A DNA stretch of 64,000 bases from a virus. Its lineage: Duplodnaviria; Caudoviricetes. The stretch spans positions 5,265 through 69,264 of IMG/VR virus record IMGVR_UViG_2850738089_000001; one strand, given 5' to 3'. The notes beneath the pieces are model-generated. The model was not told the origin of the DNA. It saw only the letters and a list, made by a program, of their open reading frames with translations, and did no database searches. Of this stretch, positions 48,891-59,178 are shown one piece after another; position 1 is the first letter of the stretch; each line of letters opens with the position of its first letter. The translations under genes were made by a program, and so were the position numbers.

Positions 48891-48970
48891 GGGCCGCGGC
48901 TGAGACTGCCGGGGCCCTTATTAACTCTTTTGACGGAGCATGACGGCTAACTTAGGCGCAGTTATTGCCA
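48891..48970 (+). ncRNA. Retained copy of scaffold-leader structured RNA
   Basis: GGGCCGCGGC-TGAGACT-GCCGGGGCCC and downstream GGAGCAT.ACGGC. Confidence 0.55.
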
Positions 48971-49057
48971 TGAAGAGGAAGGGAGAGTGTGCGAGCATGA
49001 AACTGCATGTAGGGCAGTAAACACTAACCACATGGAAGTATAGGGTGGTGATGAGCA

Positions 49058-49144
49058 TTGGCAAGCACAGTAGATATCAGGAGAGAGCTGCCAGCAATAA
49101 TGAATCGCAGGCTGCAGCAATTTCTTGACCAGTACATGAGGTGA
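49058..49144 (+). pseudogene. Relic of HK97 gp10-like gene 3' end
   Basis: RELPAIMNRRLQQFLDQYMR* versus RELPDIIERKLQQFIDRHMG* at the end of 21760-22161. Confidence 0.75.
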
Positions 49145-49148
49145 CAAA

Positions 49149-49565
49149 ATGGAAGAGATACGCAGTGCAATCGTGAATAAGCTGTCACTTTCGTTTCCGG
49201 ATTATCCGGTTTTCGACGAACAAGTGACAGAGGGGTCTCAGGTACCGTACTTTATGGTTGTTGAGACTAGCAATGGACAGAAAAAGGCTGGTAATCGACG
49301 TGTGATTCGTTCATCGACCTTTAATGTTCATTTCTTCCCAGGGCTATTAAATCCGAGATCTGAGTGTCGGATCATGAACGAATGGTGTTACGAGCATCTA
49401 TCTAACATCAGTTTTGAGGGGAACACGTATCAGGGGCGCGATCTTCATGCCGAGATTGTTGATAAGGTGCTGCATTTCTTCATTAACTTTGACGTGCACC
49501 TGCTGCTCCCGAGAGAGCCCGTTGTTATTATGGAAAACATTGTACAGGAGGAACATATCAAATGA
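49149..49565 (+). CDS. Tail terminator (XkdJ-like)
   Basis: FNVHFFP, VLHFF; paralog of 22166. Confidence 0.75.
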   Translation: MEEIRSAIVNKLSLSFPDYPVFDEQVTEGSQVPYFMVVETSNGQKKAGNRRVIRSSTFNVHFFPGLLNPRSECRIMNEWCYEHLSNISFEGNTYQGRDLHAEIVDKVLHFFINFDVHLLLPREPVVIMENIVQEEHIK

Positions 49566-49765
49566 GCAAAAAGACAAAAGGTGAACAGACGCCTTTATCA
49601 TTAGAAACGAATGCTGACCTATTCACGAAGGAACAGGTGGTTGGCTCCAAAAGTTATGAGGCTCAGCGGGATGTTTTGACAGCTCTGCTGGATAATAACA
49701 AGCTTTATACCCATGATCAAATTACGGAAATGCTGCATGCATTTTTAAATAAGGAGGCGAAGTAA
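49562..49765 (+). CDS. Small conserved protein upstream of sheath
   Basis: Paralog of 22591. Confidence 0.7.
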   Translation: MSKKTKGEQTPLSLETNADLFTKEQVVGSKSYEAQRDVLTALLDNNKLYTHDQITEMLHAFLNKEAK

Positions 49766-49768
49766 GCG

Positions 49769-51085
49769 ATGGCAGGTGGAACCTTTACAGCACAAAACAA
49801 AGTACGTCCAGGTGTTTATATCGATATTATTAGTGAGCCGGCTTCACTAGGAGCAGTTGGAGAACGAGGTATTACTTCTTTGGCCTTATCTCTCCCATGG
49901 GGGGTCAGCGGAACGATCATTACGATTCAGGCAGGGGACGATACTAAAGCAGTGCTCGGTTACGATCTGAATGACCCGGAGATGCTGCTTATTCGTGAGG
50001 CGCTTAAACGTGCGAAGACACTGCAGCTTTATCGACTTAATACAGGCGTCAAAGCGACAGCAGCGAGTGGGAATTTGACTGCGACGGCTGTCTATGGAGG
50101 AATCCGAGGCAACGATATTCGTATCGTCATCCAGACGAATATCGATAACAGTGCGATGTTTGATGTTATTACTTATTTTGCTGGTGATATCGTACAAACC
50201 CAGACGGTTGCGAATATCGCAGGACTTGTTAGTAATGCATGGGTTGTATTTAGCGGCACAGGTACACTCGCTGTCACGGCTGGTGTGCCATTGATCGGTG
50301 GTGCGAATGGAACGATCACAAATGCCAATTATACTGCTTATTTAGCTTTGCTTGAGTTAATCGACTTTGATACTTTGGCTTACACGGGCACAGATGCTTC
50401 CTTAAAGGCAATCTACGCTGCATTTGTTCGTCGTCTACGGGAGAATGAAGGGAAGAAAGTTCAGGTTGTGATGGAGAATTACCCTTCAGCAGACTACGAA
50501 GGTGTTATTAGTATTAAGAATGGGGTCAAATTGTTTGATGGAACGGTGCTAACTGCGGCACAAGCAAGTGCTTGGGTAGCTGCAGCCACTGCAGCTGCTG
50601 GTGCTAACCAATCTCTTACTTATCAAGCCTATGATGATGCCATTGATGCAGGTACACGCTACACGAATGCTCAAATCGAAGCGGCCCTTACAGCTGGTGA
50701 GTTCCTATTCGTGCTGAACAGTGGTAAAGCGGTGATTGAGCAGGACATCAACAGCTTGACTAGCTTTACACCGCAGTATTCGAGGGTTTTTGCGAAAAAT
50801 CGCGTGATTCGAGTATTTGATGGACTAGCAAATGATATTCAACGTATTTTCCAGCAGTCCTATATCGGTAAGATATCGAACAATGCAAACGGACGCAGTT
50901 TACTTCAAGGTGAAATTATTTCTTACCTGCGAAGCATGCAGAATATGAATGCCATTCAGAATTTTGATGCGCAAACGGATGTCATTGTATCTGCTGGCGA
51001 ACAGTCGGATTCCGTATATGTTGAAGTTTTTGCACAACCGATTGATTCTATTGAGAAAATCTACATGAAAGTGAGGGTCAGCTAA
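49769..51085 (+). CDS. xkdK: Contractile tail sheath protein
   Basis: 438 aa, collinear with 22789. Confidence 0.93.
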   Translation: MAGGTFTAQNKVRPGVYIDIISEPASLGAVGERGITSLALSLPWGVSGTIITIQAGDDTKAVLGYDLNDPEMLLIREALKRAKTLQLYRLNTGVKATAASGNLTATAVYGGIRGNDIRIVIQTNIDNSAMFDVITYFAGDIVQTQTVANIAGLVSNAWVVFSGTGTLAVTAGVPLIGGANGTITNANYTAYLALLELIDFDTLAYTGTDASLKAIYAAFVRRLRENEGKKVQVVMENYPSADYEGVISIKNGVKLFDGTVLTAAQASAWVAAATAAAGANQSLTYQAYDDAIDAGTRYTNAQIEAALTAGEFLFVLNSGKAVIEQDINSLTSFTPQYSRVFAKNRVIRVFDGLANDIQRIFQQSYIGKISNNANGRSLLQGEIISYLRSMQNMNAIQNFDAQTDVIVSAGEQSDSVYVEVFAQPIDSIEKIYMKVRVS

Positions 51086-51555
51086 TGACATATCTACACG
51101 CTAAAGACACCATCTCAGGACAAGAAGGAACGGCTTACGCGATCATTAATGGCTTATCCGAAGAAATGTTCTATATCAAAAAGCTCGAAGCGAAAGTGGA
51201 GAAAACAAAAGCCGAAGTGAAGACCCTCGGCCGTCGAGGAACGCAGCATAAGGCAAGCGGTTGGAATGGCAGCGGCACGATGACGATCTATTATGTCACG
51301 TCTCGCTTTAGAGAAATGATGCTGAAGTATATTAATGAAGGTAAGGATACTTACTTTGATATTATGGTGACCAATGAAGATAAAAGCTCAACCATTGGTA
51401 AGCAAATCGTTCGATTAACAGGAGTTAACCTAGACAGTGTTATTATGGCCTCTCTTGATATTGAGAGTGATGTACTCGAAGAAGAGGTGGCCTTTACCTT
51501 CGAGGGTGTTGAGATGGTCAAGAAGGATATGTTTAATGCTCCAACCAGTCTCTAA
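51085..51555 (+). CDS. xkdM: Tail tube protein
   Basis: Collinear with 24107. Confidence 0.9.
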   Translation: MTYLHAKDTISGQEGTAYAIINGLSEEMFYIKKLEAKVEKTKAEVKTLGRRGTQHKASGWNGSGTMTIYYVTSRFREMMLKYINEGKDTYFDIMVTNEDKSSTIGKQIVRLTGVNLDSVIMASLDIESDVLEEEVAFTFEGVEMVKKDMFNAPTSL

Positions 51556-51579
51556 ACGATAATTAGGAGGGAAAAATAA

Positions 51580-52002
51580 ATGAGTGAATTAAGCGCATTT
51601 TTTGCACAAAATGTTCAAACGGATGTAATGGAAGAATTCGTAGTCTCCACACGTTTCAAGGGTGCTGATGGTCAGCCGGTGGCATGGAAGCTGCGAACAA
51701 TGGATGAGGATGAGAACGAGTACTGCCGTAAAGCCGCAACGAAGCATATTAAGAACAAAGGCGGACAGCGGATCCCGGAGACGGATTATAATGAATATAT
51801 TACAAAGCTGATCGCGACATCCGTTGTTTTCCCCAATCTTAAGGATGCAGAGCTGCAGAAATCCTATGGCATTTTGGGAGAATGCGCTCTACTCAAGAAG
51901 ATGCTCCTGCCAGGCGAGTACGCGACATTAACGCAAAAAATTCAAGAGATGAACGGTTTCGATCGTGATATGTCGGAGCTTGTTGAAGACGTAAAAAACT
52001 AA
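51580..52002 (+). CDS. xkdN: Tail assembly chaperone; -1 frameshift extension to 52172
   Basis: Same GTA AAA AAC TAA site and conserved downstream frame. Confidence 0.88.
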   Translation: MSELSAFFAQNVQTDVMEEFVVSTRFKGADGQPVAWKLRTMDEDENEYCRKAATKHIKNKGGQRIPETDYNEYITKLIATSVVFPNLKDAELQKSYGILGECALLKKMLLPGEYATLTQKIQEMNGFDRDMSELVEDVKN

Positions 52003-52184
52003 TCAAGGAGGGCGATGGTGAGGCGAATTACGCTTACTACGCTCTCCATGAGCTTCGCATTCTGCCACATGATTTCGTGCAAATGGGCCGTTATGAAAAA
52101 GCGGCCATTTACGCCATGATTGATGTCCGAATTGAAGCCGAGAAACAAGCAAAGAAATCAAAAGGAAAATAGAAGCTATCAGTT

Positions 52185-52211
52185 AAGCGTCCTTTCACAG
52201 GGCGCTTTTTT
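52185..52211 (+). terminator. Hairpin between TAC and TMP
   Basis: AAGCGTCCT-ttcac-AGGGCGCTTTTTT. Confidence 0.6.
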
Positions 52212-52235
52212 ACATGTCTTGAAGGAGGTGGATAC

Positions 52236-53927
52236 ATGCCATCAATACAAGCAAGTATGGTGCTGTACGATAATTTCAGCCGAAAGCTGAATGCAGTCAA
52301 CCGTGCCATTGATCGAACCGTTAAACGAATGGGACGATTGCGTTCAGAGATGAGTAAGGGCTTCACGATTAAAGTGAATGCGTCCTCTCTAGATGGACAA
52401 ATCTCGTCTTTTCAAAAGGTTTTGGATGGCGTAAGCACTGGAGTGACCATTCGTGCTGAGCTTGACACGGCAAGTGCTGTCAATCAAGTCAATGCACTGC
52501 GATCACAAATCATCTCGAAAATAGGGGCGATTCCCGGTCAAATCAATTTAACGCTTTCTCCTACTTTTGAGAATTTGTCTACTTTGATGTTCTCTGCAGT
52601 TAATGCGATTAATACGCAAGTGGAGCAATTGCTGCGAACGGTGAGCGGCATTGCGTCGGTTACAAGTGGAGCATCAGCAGCGTCTGTGACGCCAACTGTG
52701 CCCATGGCGCAAGCAGCGGGACCAGGTGCTAGTGGTGCAAGTGGTGCTGGTGTAGGAGGAGATTGGGGTGGAATTGCTCAACTTGCAATTGATAGTTCAA
52801 AGCCATTAAAGGAATTGGTAGATCAAGCTACTGCTGTTTTTAATATATTTCAACAAATATCAAACTTATTAACGACAAGTGATCTTGCCTATCTTGAACC
52901 TGTTCTTTGGGGGATCGTAGGCGCTTATTATGGTTGGCAGCTTGCATCACTAGCGGTAGCTGCAGCTCAAGGTTATGCAATTGTCACGAATGCGATATCT
53001 ATTATACAAACCGTTATAGGGACATTTGCAACGTTGGGATTATCTCAAGCTTGGAGAATACTGAATGCAGCGATGAACGCTAATGTATTTATGTTGATTA
53101 TTTCTGTCGTTATTGGTCTTATCGCGATGTTTATTTATCTTTGGAATACGAATGATGCTTTTGCTGGATTCTTTATGCGAGCATGGAATGAACTTTTGAA
53201 TTTCTTTGATCAAGTACCTGTATTCTTTTGGCAGGTTGTCAGTTGGATAGCCCAAGCCTTCGTTTGGCTTGGGGACAGTGTTGGAAAGATCTATGATTTG
53301 ATGATTAACGGCATTATTGATGGAGTAAATATGCTACTGGGTGTATTTAATATGCTAACAAACAGCAACTATAAAATTGAAGGGAAATTTAGTTTTAAAG
53401 GCATTGCTCAGGATGCGGTTGATTTTGCGAATTCAAAGAAAGAGGATGCAGCGTCAAAGGCAGCAGCAAATGCAGCAAATCGTGAAGCGAGTGTTCAGAA
53501 TACCTTGCAAAAACGAAAAGATGATAGAGCTTTGAAAGCTGCCCAAAAGGATCAAGCTAAGCAGAATAAACAAGTGCCCGCTTTAACCAAAATGGATCCT
53601 ACCTATAATGCCAGCTTGAATGATCCGGGTCGAAACTTAAAATCGCAGCCAGCAGCTCCCTTCGCTCAAGGAAATCAAACCCTTGATCGGGTGAACACAG
53701 TTGGTAAAATCGACGATACCGTGGAAATTTCCGGTGAGGATTTGAAAATTATACGTGATCTTGCTGAAGTTAAAGCGATTCAGAACTACGTGACGCTGAC
53801 ACCTACTGTACAAGTGACTACGGGTCCTATTTCGAAGCATGTGGATGCAGATGAATTGATCAGGAATATTGTTGCAAGGGTAGATAGTGAGGTTCGGGAG
53901 TCGGGAAAGGCGGTGAGTAATGCCTAG
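52236..53927 (+). CDS. Tape measure protein, short (563 aa)
   Basis: N- and C-termini homologous to 25857 (IQNYVTLTP); TM cluster. Confidence 0.85.
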   Translation: MPSIQASMVLYDNFSRKLNAVNRAIDRTVKRMGRLRSEMSKGFTIKVNASSLDGQISSFQKVLDGVSTGVTIRAELDTASAVNQVNALRSQIISKIGAIPGQINLTLSPTFENLSTLMFSAVNAINTQVEQLLRTVSGIASVTSGASAASVTPTVPMAQAAGPGASGASGAGVGGDWGGIAQLAIDSSKPLKELVDQATAVFNIFQQISNLLTTSDLAYLEPVLWGIVGAYYGWQLASLAVAAAQGYAIVTNAISIIQTVIGTFATLGLSQAWRILNAAMNANVFMLIISVVIGLIAMFIYLWNTNDAFAGFFMRAWNELLNFFDQVPVFFWQVVSWIAQAFVWLGDSVGKIYDLMINGIIDGVNMLLGVFNMLTNSNYKIEGKFSFKGIAQDAVDFANSKKEDAASKAAANAANREASVQNTLQKRKDDRALKAAQKDQAKQNKQVPALTKMDPTYNASLNDPGRNLKSQPAAPFAQGNQTLDRVNTVGKIDDTVEISGEDLKIIRDLAEVKAIQNYVTLTPTVQVTTGPISKHVDADELIRNIVARVDSEVRESGKAVSNA

Positions 53928-54702
53928 TTTATGGAGGCTGAAGCGAGATGAATATAATATCTACCTGTCTTGGAATAACAACGCTGAAGCGATCCGAATT
54001 CCAGTAATGCCTGAGAAAATGCAGCTCAAGCGAAAAGGCAATGGAAAAGTCTATGACATCGTTGGCCTTGGACAAATTAATGCCATTCAAGCACGAGACT
54101 TGGCAGAAATCAGCTTTGAAAGCTTTTTTCCTAGGGTTGATCAGAGCAACCCGAAATTAATAGATGTAAACCCCAAGTTATTTCCAGTAGCACATTTCGT
54201 TGATTCAGGACATTTTCAGAAATTTAAACTGCCTTTCGTAAAGGCTAAAAAGATGACGCCAAGTCAATATATTCATTATCTGACCAAATGGCAGGATTCC
54301 AAGTATCCGATCCGATTTATTTACACGAGTCCTGAGATGTCCATTAATCTCCCTGTTAGTATCGAAAGTTTTGATCGCTGGGAGTCTGCTGGATCGGAAG
54401 GAGACGTCTACTATCAGATGACGCTTAAGGAGTTTGTGTTTCATGCTGCTCGTAGGATTGACAAGGGTAAAGATACTAACGGGAACGATGTACTTAAGGA
54501 TAAAGGCAAATCACGCCTTGATGAGCGGGTGCCTCCCAATACGTACACACTTAAGTCCGGAGATAGCTTGATTCTTGTTGCACGCAAGCAGCTTGGCGAC
54601 TCCGGTCGGTGGAAAGAAATCCAGAAGCTCAATGAGATCAGCGATGCCCAGCTCAAGAAACTACCCATTGGTAAAGTGCTCAAATTACCGAAGAGGAAGT
54701 GA
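53920..54702 (+). CDS. xkdP: LysM-domain protein (XkdP-like)
   Basis: IPVMPE, SFESFFP, C-terminal LysM. Confidence 0.85.
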   Translation: MPSLWRLKRDEYNIYLSWNNNAEAIRIPVMPEKMQLKRKGNGKVYDIVGLGQINAIQARDLAEISFESFFPRVDQSNPKLIDVNPKLFPVAHFVDSGHFQKFKLPFVKAKKMTPSQYIHYLTKWQDSKYPIRFIYTSPEMSINLPVSIESFDRWESAGSEGDVYYQMTLKEFVFHAARRIDKGKDTNGNDVLKDKGKSRLDERVPPNTYTLKSGDSLILVARKQLGDSGRWKEIQKLNEISDAQLKKLPIGKVLKLPKRK

Positions 54703-54705
54703 ACT

Positions 54706-55683
54706 ATGTTTGAAATTATCCTCGACAATAAGAATGGTACGCTGTGGAATATCACGGAGCTGGTGACCAGCGCCACATGGCAAACGAGCAGGCTCGGAAA
54801 AGCAGGAAGCTTGGAAATCACTTTCGTCGATGATCTCTATCAGCGGAATCCTGATTTTATCTATGAGGTAGGCAATGTGATACGTGTTCGAAGAGAAAAC
54901 AAGGGTATCTTCTATGGCTATATATTTGAAGTGAATGAGGAAGCAAGTCGGGAAATTAAGCTGAAGGCATACGATCAAATTCGCTACCTGCTCAATAGTG
55001 AATCGTATGTGTTTGTTAATAAAACCGCAACAGAGATTATTAAAACGATTATCAGTGATACCCAGCTTACGCTGGATAGTTCGAATTTTGCAGACACCTT
55101 GAAGCCAATTCCCAAAATGTCTGCAGAATCTCAACAAATGCTGGATACAGTCTTCAAAGCACTTTCTGAGACCACGGCTATTTCAAAAAAGATTTATATC
55201 TTTTATGACGATTTTGGTCAGCTTAAGCTTACTCCTTTGGAGGATATGAAGCTGGATCTGATACTTGGTGATAATAGCCTCGTAACGAACTTCAGTCGAT
55301 CTTATTCGATTGACAGTGATACGTATAACTATGTGGTTATGACCCAGAAGAACGAAGAGTCAGGTGCCACCAAGAAGTACATTGCTATGGATTCGGGCAC
55401 TATTGCAAAGTGGGGAAAACTGCAGCTTAACCGTACTGCCGACGAGAAGCTGAATAAAGCCCAAATCAACGAAATTCTGGATGCAGCATTAGCCCTCAAA
55501 AATCGTCCAGTGAGTACATTGAAAATTGAGGTACTAGGCGATATTCAGGTAAGGGCAGGTTCTATGATTCAGGTTGAGATCAAGGAGATCGAGTTGAATG
55601 GGATTTTTATTGTGAAGGAATGCCAGCATAAATTCACTGGGGACGAGCATACGATGTCACTCGAGCTGGAGGGGAAACTATGA
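54706..55683 (+). CDS. xkdQ: Baseplate hub (XkdQ-like)
   Basis: AYDQIRYL, WGKLQ. Confidence 0.85.
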   Translation: MFEIILDNKNGTLWNITELVTSATWQTSRLGKAGSLEITFVDDLYQRNPDFIYEVGNVIRVRRENKGIFYGYIFEVNEEASREIKLKAYDQIRYLLNSESYVFVNKTATEIIKTIISDTQLTLDSSNFADTLKPIPKMSAESQQMLDTVFKALSETTAISKKIYIFYDDFGQLKLTPLEDMKLDLILGDNSLVTNFSRSYSIDSDTYNYVVMTQKNEESGATKKYIAMDSGTIAKWGKLQLNRTADEKLNKAQINEILDAALALKNRPVSTLKIEVLGDIQVRAGSMIQVEIKEIELNGIFIVKECQHKFTGDEHTMSLELEGKL

Positions 55684-55976
55684 GCTTAGTCGAATTAATG
55701 AAGAAAATTAGTGTTGGAGCCGTGGATGCTTCAAGTCCTGTAGCTGTGTATTTTGGGATCATAAGTGCCATACATCCTTTGGAGGTAGCCGTCAATCAGC
55801 GGTTCATTCTTCCGGAGGATTTTTTAGTTGTACCTGAAAATTTATCCGAGTTTAAGTTGAACATTGGTGGTCAGGAAACGGTTATCCGGCGCGGGCTAGA
55901 GGTTGGGGATAAAATTGTTATGCTGCGAATTAAAGGCGGAGAGCAGTATGTTATTTTGGATCGGGTGGTGGGGTGA
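55680..55976 (+). CDS. xkdR: Baseplate spike (DUF2577)
   Basis: Paralog of 30081. Confidence 0.8.
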   Translation: MSLVELMKKISVGAVDASSPVAVYFGIISAIHPLEVAVNQRFILPEDFLVVPENLSEFKLNIGGQETVIRRGLEVGDKIVMLRIKGGEQYVILDRVVG

Positions 55977-56371
55977 TGGTTCTCCCGATAGGCGGAATAT
56001 CCGCGGCATTACAGGAAGTCGTAAGTGAGCCCAGTCTGACTTATCGGTTGGATCCAACTCTCGGGCGAATCGTCGGTTTAATTGATGGCCTTGAGGCTGT
56101 GAAGCAGTCCGTTTACAAAATATTGCAAACGGAACGATTTGTTTACCCCATTTATTCGAGCAATTATGGGTGTGAGCTGATTCGAAATGATAACATTACG
56201 ATTGAGTTTGAGAGATGGATTACGGATGCATTAACCCAGGATGATCGGATTGAAGGTATATCAGACTTTGAATACACACAGTCGGGCGATACAGCTACGT
56301 TATCTTTTTCGGTTGAATCTACTTTTGGCAAATTTAATGTTTCGACAGGAGGTGGGAATACAAATGTATGA
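55973..56371 (+). CDS. xkdS: DUF2634/XkdS-like
   Basis: Paralog of 30418. Confidence 0.85.
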   Translation: MMVLPIGGISAALQEVVSEPSLTYRLDPTLGRIVGLIDGLEAVKQSVYKILQTERFVYPIYSSNYGCELIRNDNITIEFERWITDALTQDDRIEGISDFEYTQSGDTATLSFSVESTFGKFNVSTGGGNTNV

Positions 56372-57419
56372 GAGTCAAACCTATGAGCTCATTTTACATC
56401 GCATGCTGGACCGGGTACCTACAGAAGTAGACAAACGAGAAGGCAGCATTATCTATGATGCACTTGCGCCAGCGGCTCTTGAGTTGTCAATTGCTTATGC
56501 TTCGCTGGATATAAATTTAAATCTTGGATCTGGGCAGACAGCCACCGGCAGCTATTTGGATCTACGGACGATGGACTACGGAATTACACGAAGAGAAGCG
56601 ACAAAGGCTGTTCATGAGGGGATCTTCTTGAATACAGTGGGGAGTTTATTTGATATCCCTATCGGGAGTCGGTTTGCTTCTGGGAGCGTTACATTAATGG
56701 TTTCCTCTCGATTATCGTTGGGACATTTTGAGCTGACAGCAGAAATGCCTGGGTCGGAAGCCAACTTAACAACAAATACACTGCTGCCAATCGATTATAT
56801 TACCAATCTTGGTACTGCGCAGTTGGGCGGATTGCTTGTACCGGGTACGGATATCGAGTCCGATGATAAGTTACGTGAACGTTATTTGCAGACTGTACGC
56901 ACACCTTCAACGAGTGGGAATAAAGCAGATTACCGGAAATGGGCGCTAGAGGTTAACGGAATTGGGGATGCAGCTGTTCTTCCGCTCTGGAATGGTCCTG
57001 GTACGGTCAAAGTCATATTGCTGGATGCAAATAAACTGCCGGCTTCCTCAACATTGGTGGATGATGTTCAAGCCTATATCGCGCCTACGAATGCAGGAGA
57101 GGGGAAGGCACCTATCGGGGCAACGGTTAATGTTGTGTCTGCAGTTGGCATTTCTATCAACGTAACGGCAGCTCTAATCATGGACGGTACGAGAACTGCT
57201 GGAGAGATTATCAATGATTTCAAAGCCTCCCTTACCGCTTATTTGAAAAGCATAGCCTATGCCATCGACCCCTCTGTTAAGTATGTACGTGTCGGTTCCT
57301 TGCTGCTAGATACAGATGGTGTGAAAGATTATTCCGGATTGCTCGTTAATGGCGGGAGCAGTAACGTGACGGTAGCTTCTGGCTCTGTGGCTGTTCTTGG
57401 GAAGGTGAGCTTAAGCTAA
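56364..57419 (+). CDS. xkdT: Baseplate J-like protein
   Basis: MYESQT..DKREGSIIYDALAP. Confidence 0.9.
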   Translation: MYESQTYELILHRMLDRVPTEVDKREGSIIYDALAPAALELSIAYASLDINLNLGSGQTATGSYLDLRTMDYGITRREATKAVHEGIFLNTVGSLFDIPIGSRFASGSVTLMVSSRLSLGHFELTAEMPGSEANLTTNTLLPIDYITNLGTAQLGGLLVPGTDIESDDKLRERYLQTVRTPSTSGNKADYRKWALEVNGIGDAAVLPLWNGPGTVKVILLDANKLPASSTLVDDVQAYIAPTNAGEGKAPIGATVNVVSAVGISINVTAALIMDGTRTAGEIINDFKASLTAYLKSIAYAIDPSVKYVRVGSLLLDTDGVKDYSGLLVNGGSSNVTVASGSVAVLGKVSLS

Positions 57420-57997
57420 TGGGTGATTACACATTAACGTCTTTGAAGGGTCAGGATATGCTGGAGGCGCTGCCTTCTTATTACCAGACGGTAAGAGAGA
57501 GCCGATTGCTTGCACAAACAGAAGGTCTTGAGCTAGACGATTTGACAACCAAGATTGACGGCGTACTGGATCAGGCTTTTATTGAGACAGCCACATGGGG
57601 CTTAACTCGGTGGGAAACCGAATTTGGGATCACTCCACCAGCGGGACAGCCTATCGAGCAGCGTCGATCAGTGGTTCGCTCTCGTATACGGGGTACGGGA
57701 ACTGTGACCGAGGATCTGATCAAGCGTGTGGCTGAGTCTTATCTCAACGGAGAGGTAGCGGTAACTCAGCATACGAACCTTTATACCGTAACGGTGACTT
57801 TTATGAGTGAGCTCGGTATTCCGCCGAACATTGATGATATTAAACAAGCTGTACGCAGTATCCTTCCCGCACATTTGGATGTGGAATATGCTTTTTCCTA
57901 TGTTTCCTTTGGCATGTTGGAAGGTTACGGTAAATCGTTTGGAAATATTGAAGCAGCCGGATTAACATTCGGCGATTTAGAAGTATGGGGAGGTTAA
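57419..57997 (+). CDS. xkdU: DUF2313/XkdU-like
   Basis: Paralog of 31878. Confidence 0.85.
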   Translation: MGDYTLTSLKGQDMLEALPSYYQTVRESRLLAQTEGLELDDLTTKIDGVLDQAFIETATWGLTRWETEFGITPPAGQPIEQRRSVVRSRIRGTGTVTEDLIKRVAESYLNGEVAVTQHTNLYTVTVTFMSELGIPPNIDDIKQAVRSILPAHLDVEYAFSYVSFGMLEGYGKSFGNIEAAGLTFGDLEVWGG

Positions 57998-58000
57998 TGG

Positions 58001-59167
58001 ATGCAGACTCTACCTAGTGGAATAAAGAAAGTTGAAGCTTCAGATAACGCGACAGTCGCGAATTTTAATGTGAATGTGGATTTGCTAGATGCAAAGATTG
58101 CGGAGTTAAATACGCACGAAACGGCAACTACTGGGATACACGGTGCAACGTCAGCAGGCACTGCCAATAAGTTGATGATTCGTGATGCTAACGGGCGTGC
58201 AAAGGTAGCCGCGCCGAGTTCAGCTGATGACATCGCTCGTAAGGATACGGTAGATGCTTTACTCATATCTCCGGTATTTACTGGTATGCCAACCGTCCCG
58301 ACAGCAGCTGCAGATACCAATACAACACAAGTGGCATCAACGGCTTTTGTAATCGGCCAAGGTTCCAACACATTACCGGCAATGGACGGAGCGGTCACTA
58401 TTGGAACGTCCGCACGCTTTGCTAAAGCGGATCATGTCCATCCAGCAGATACTTCAAAAGCCCCACTAGCATCACCTATATTTACTGGAATTGCAACTGC
58501 GCCGTATTTCAAAGCGACTGGTGATACTACCCGAAATCTAGTCGCAGCTACTTGGGCTGATTTGTCGGCGAATACTGGAGGTCAAGCATTATTAGCTAAT
58601 AATGCTTACACTGATGGAAACAACAGTTGGAAGTATTCCAATACTCACGCATCGCTTGGCGCTCGAGGTATACGTCTATCAGTTAGTGGAGGAATTGAGA
58701 GTTTTGATACGGGGGCAGTCGCAACTACTGCAGATGCGGCTTTTACTCCTACATGGGTAAAGATGGCTTCACTACTATCACCAGCTTTTACAGGTACACC
58801 AACCGTCCCGACAGCAGCGGCAGATACTAATACGGCACAAGCGGCATCGACTGCTTTTGTAATAGGCCAAAATTATATGAAGAAGTCTGACGCTATTCCT
58901 GCAGGATCTATGAATTCAGATATATCCAATATCATGACGCTACTCAACGAAGTAGATACACGAGGTGTATTTGTAACTCGCGTTGACGGTTCGATAACAA
59001 AGATCGAAGAAAAGGACGGCTCAACCGTCGTCAGAACCACGGTACTTAATAGGGTTAACGGGTTGCTCTCTACTATAGTTCAAACGGTAGGCGGTAAGGT
59101 TATAACCTATACAATCGTAAGAGACAGCAGTAACTTAATTAAAAATCTTGCAAAATCAGTAGTCTAG
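58001..59167 (+). CDS. Tail fibre protein
   Basis: Same N-terminus as 32461; SP.FTG.PTVPTAAADTNT repeats. Confidence 0.85.
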   Translation: MQTLPSGIKKVEASDNATVANFNVNVDLLDAKIAELNTHETATTGIHGATSAGTANKLMIRDANGRAKVAAPSSADDIARKDTVDALLISPVFTGMPTVPTAAADTNTTQVASTAFVIGQGSNTLPAMDGAVTIGTSARFAKADHVHPADTSKAPLASPIFTGIATAPYFKATGDTTRNLVAATWADLSANTGGQALLANNAYTDGNNSWKYSNTHASLGARGIRLSVSGGIESFDTGAVATTADAAFTPTWVKMASLLSPAFTGTPTVPTAAADTNTAQAASTAFVIGQNYMKKSDAIPAGSMNSDISNIMTLLNEVDTRGVFVTRVDGSITKIEEKDGSTVVRTTVLNRVNGLLSTIVQTVGGKVITYTIVRDSSNLIKNLAKSVV

Positions 59168-59178
59168 GAGGTTATATT

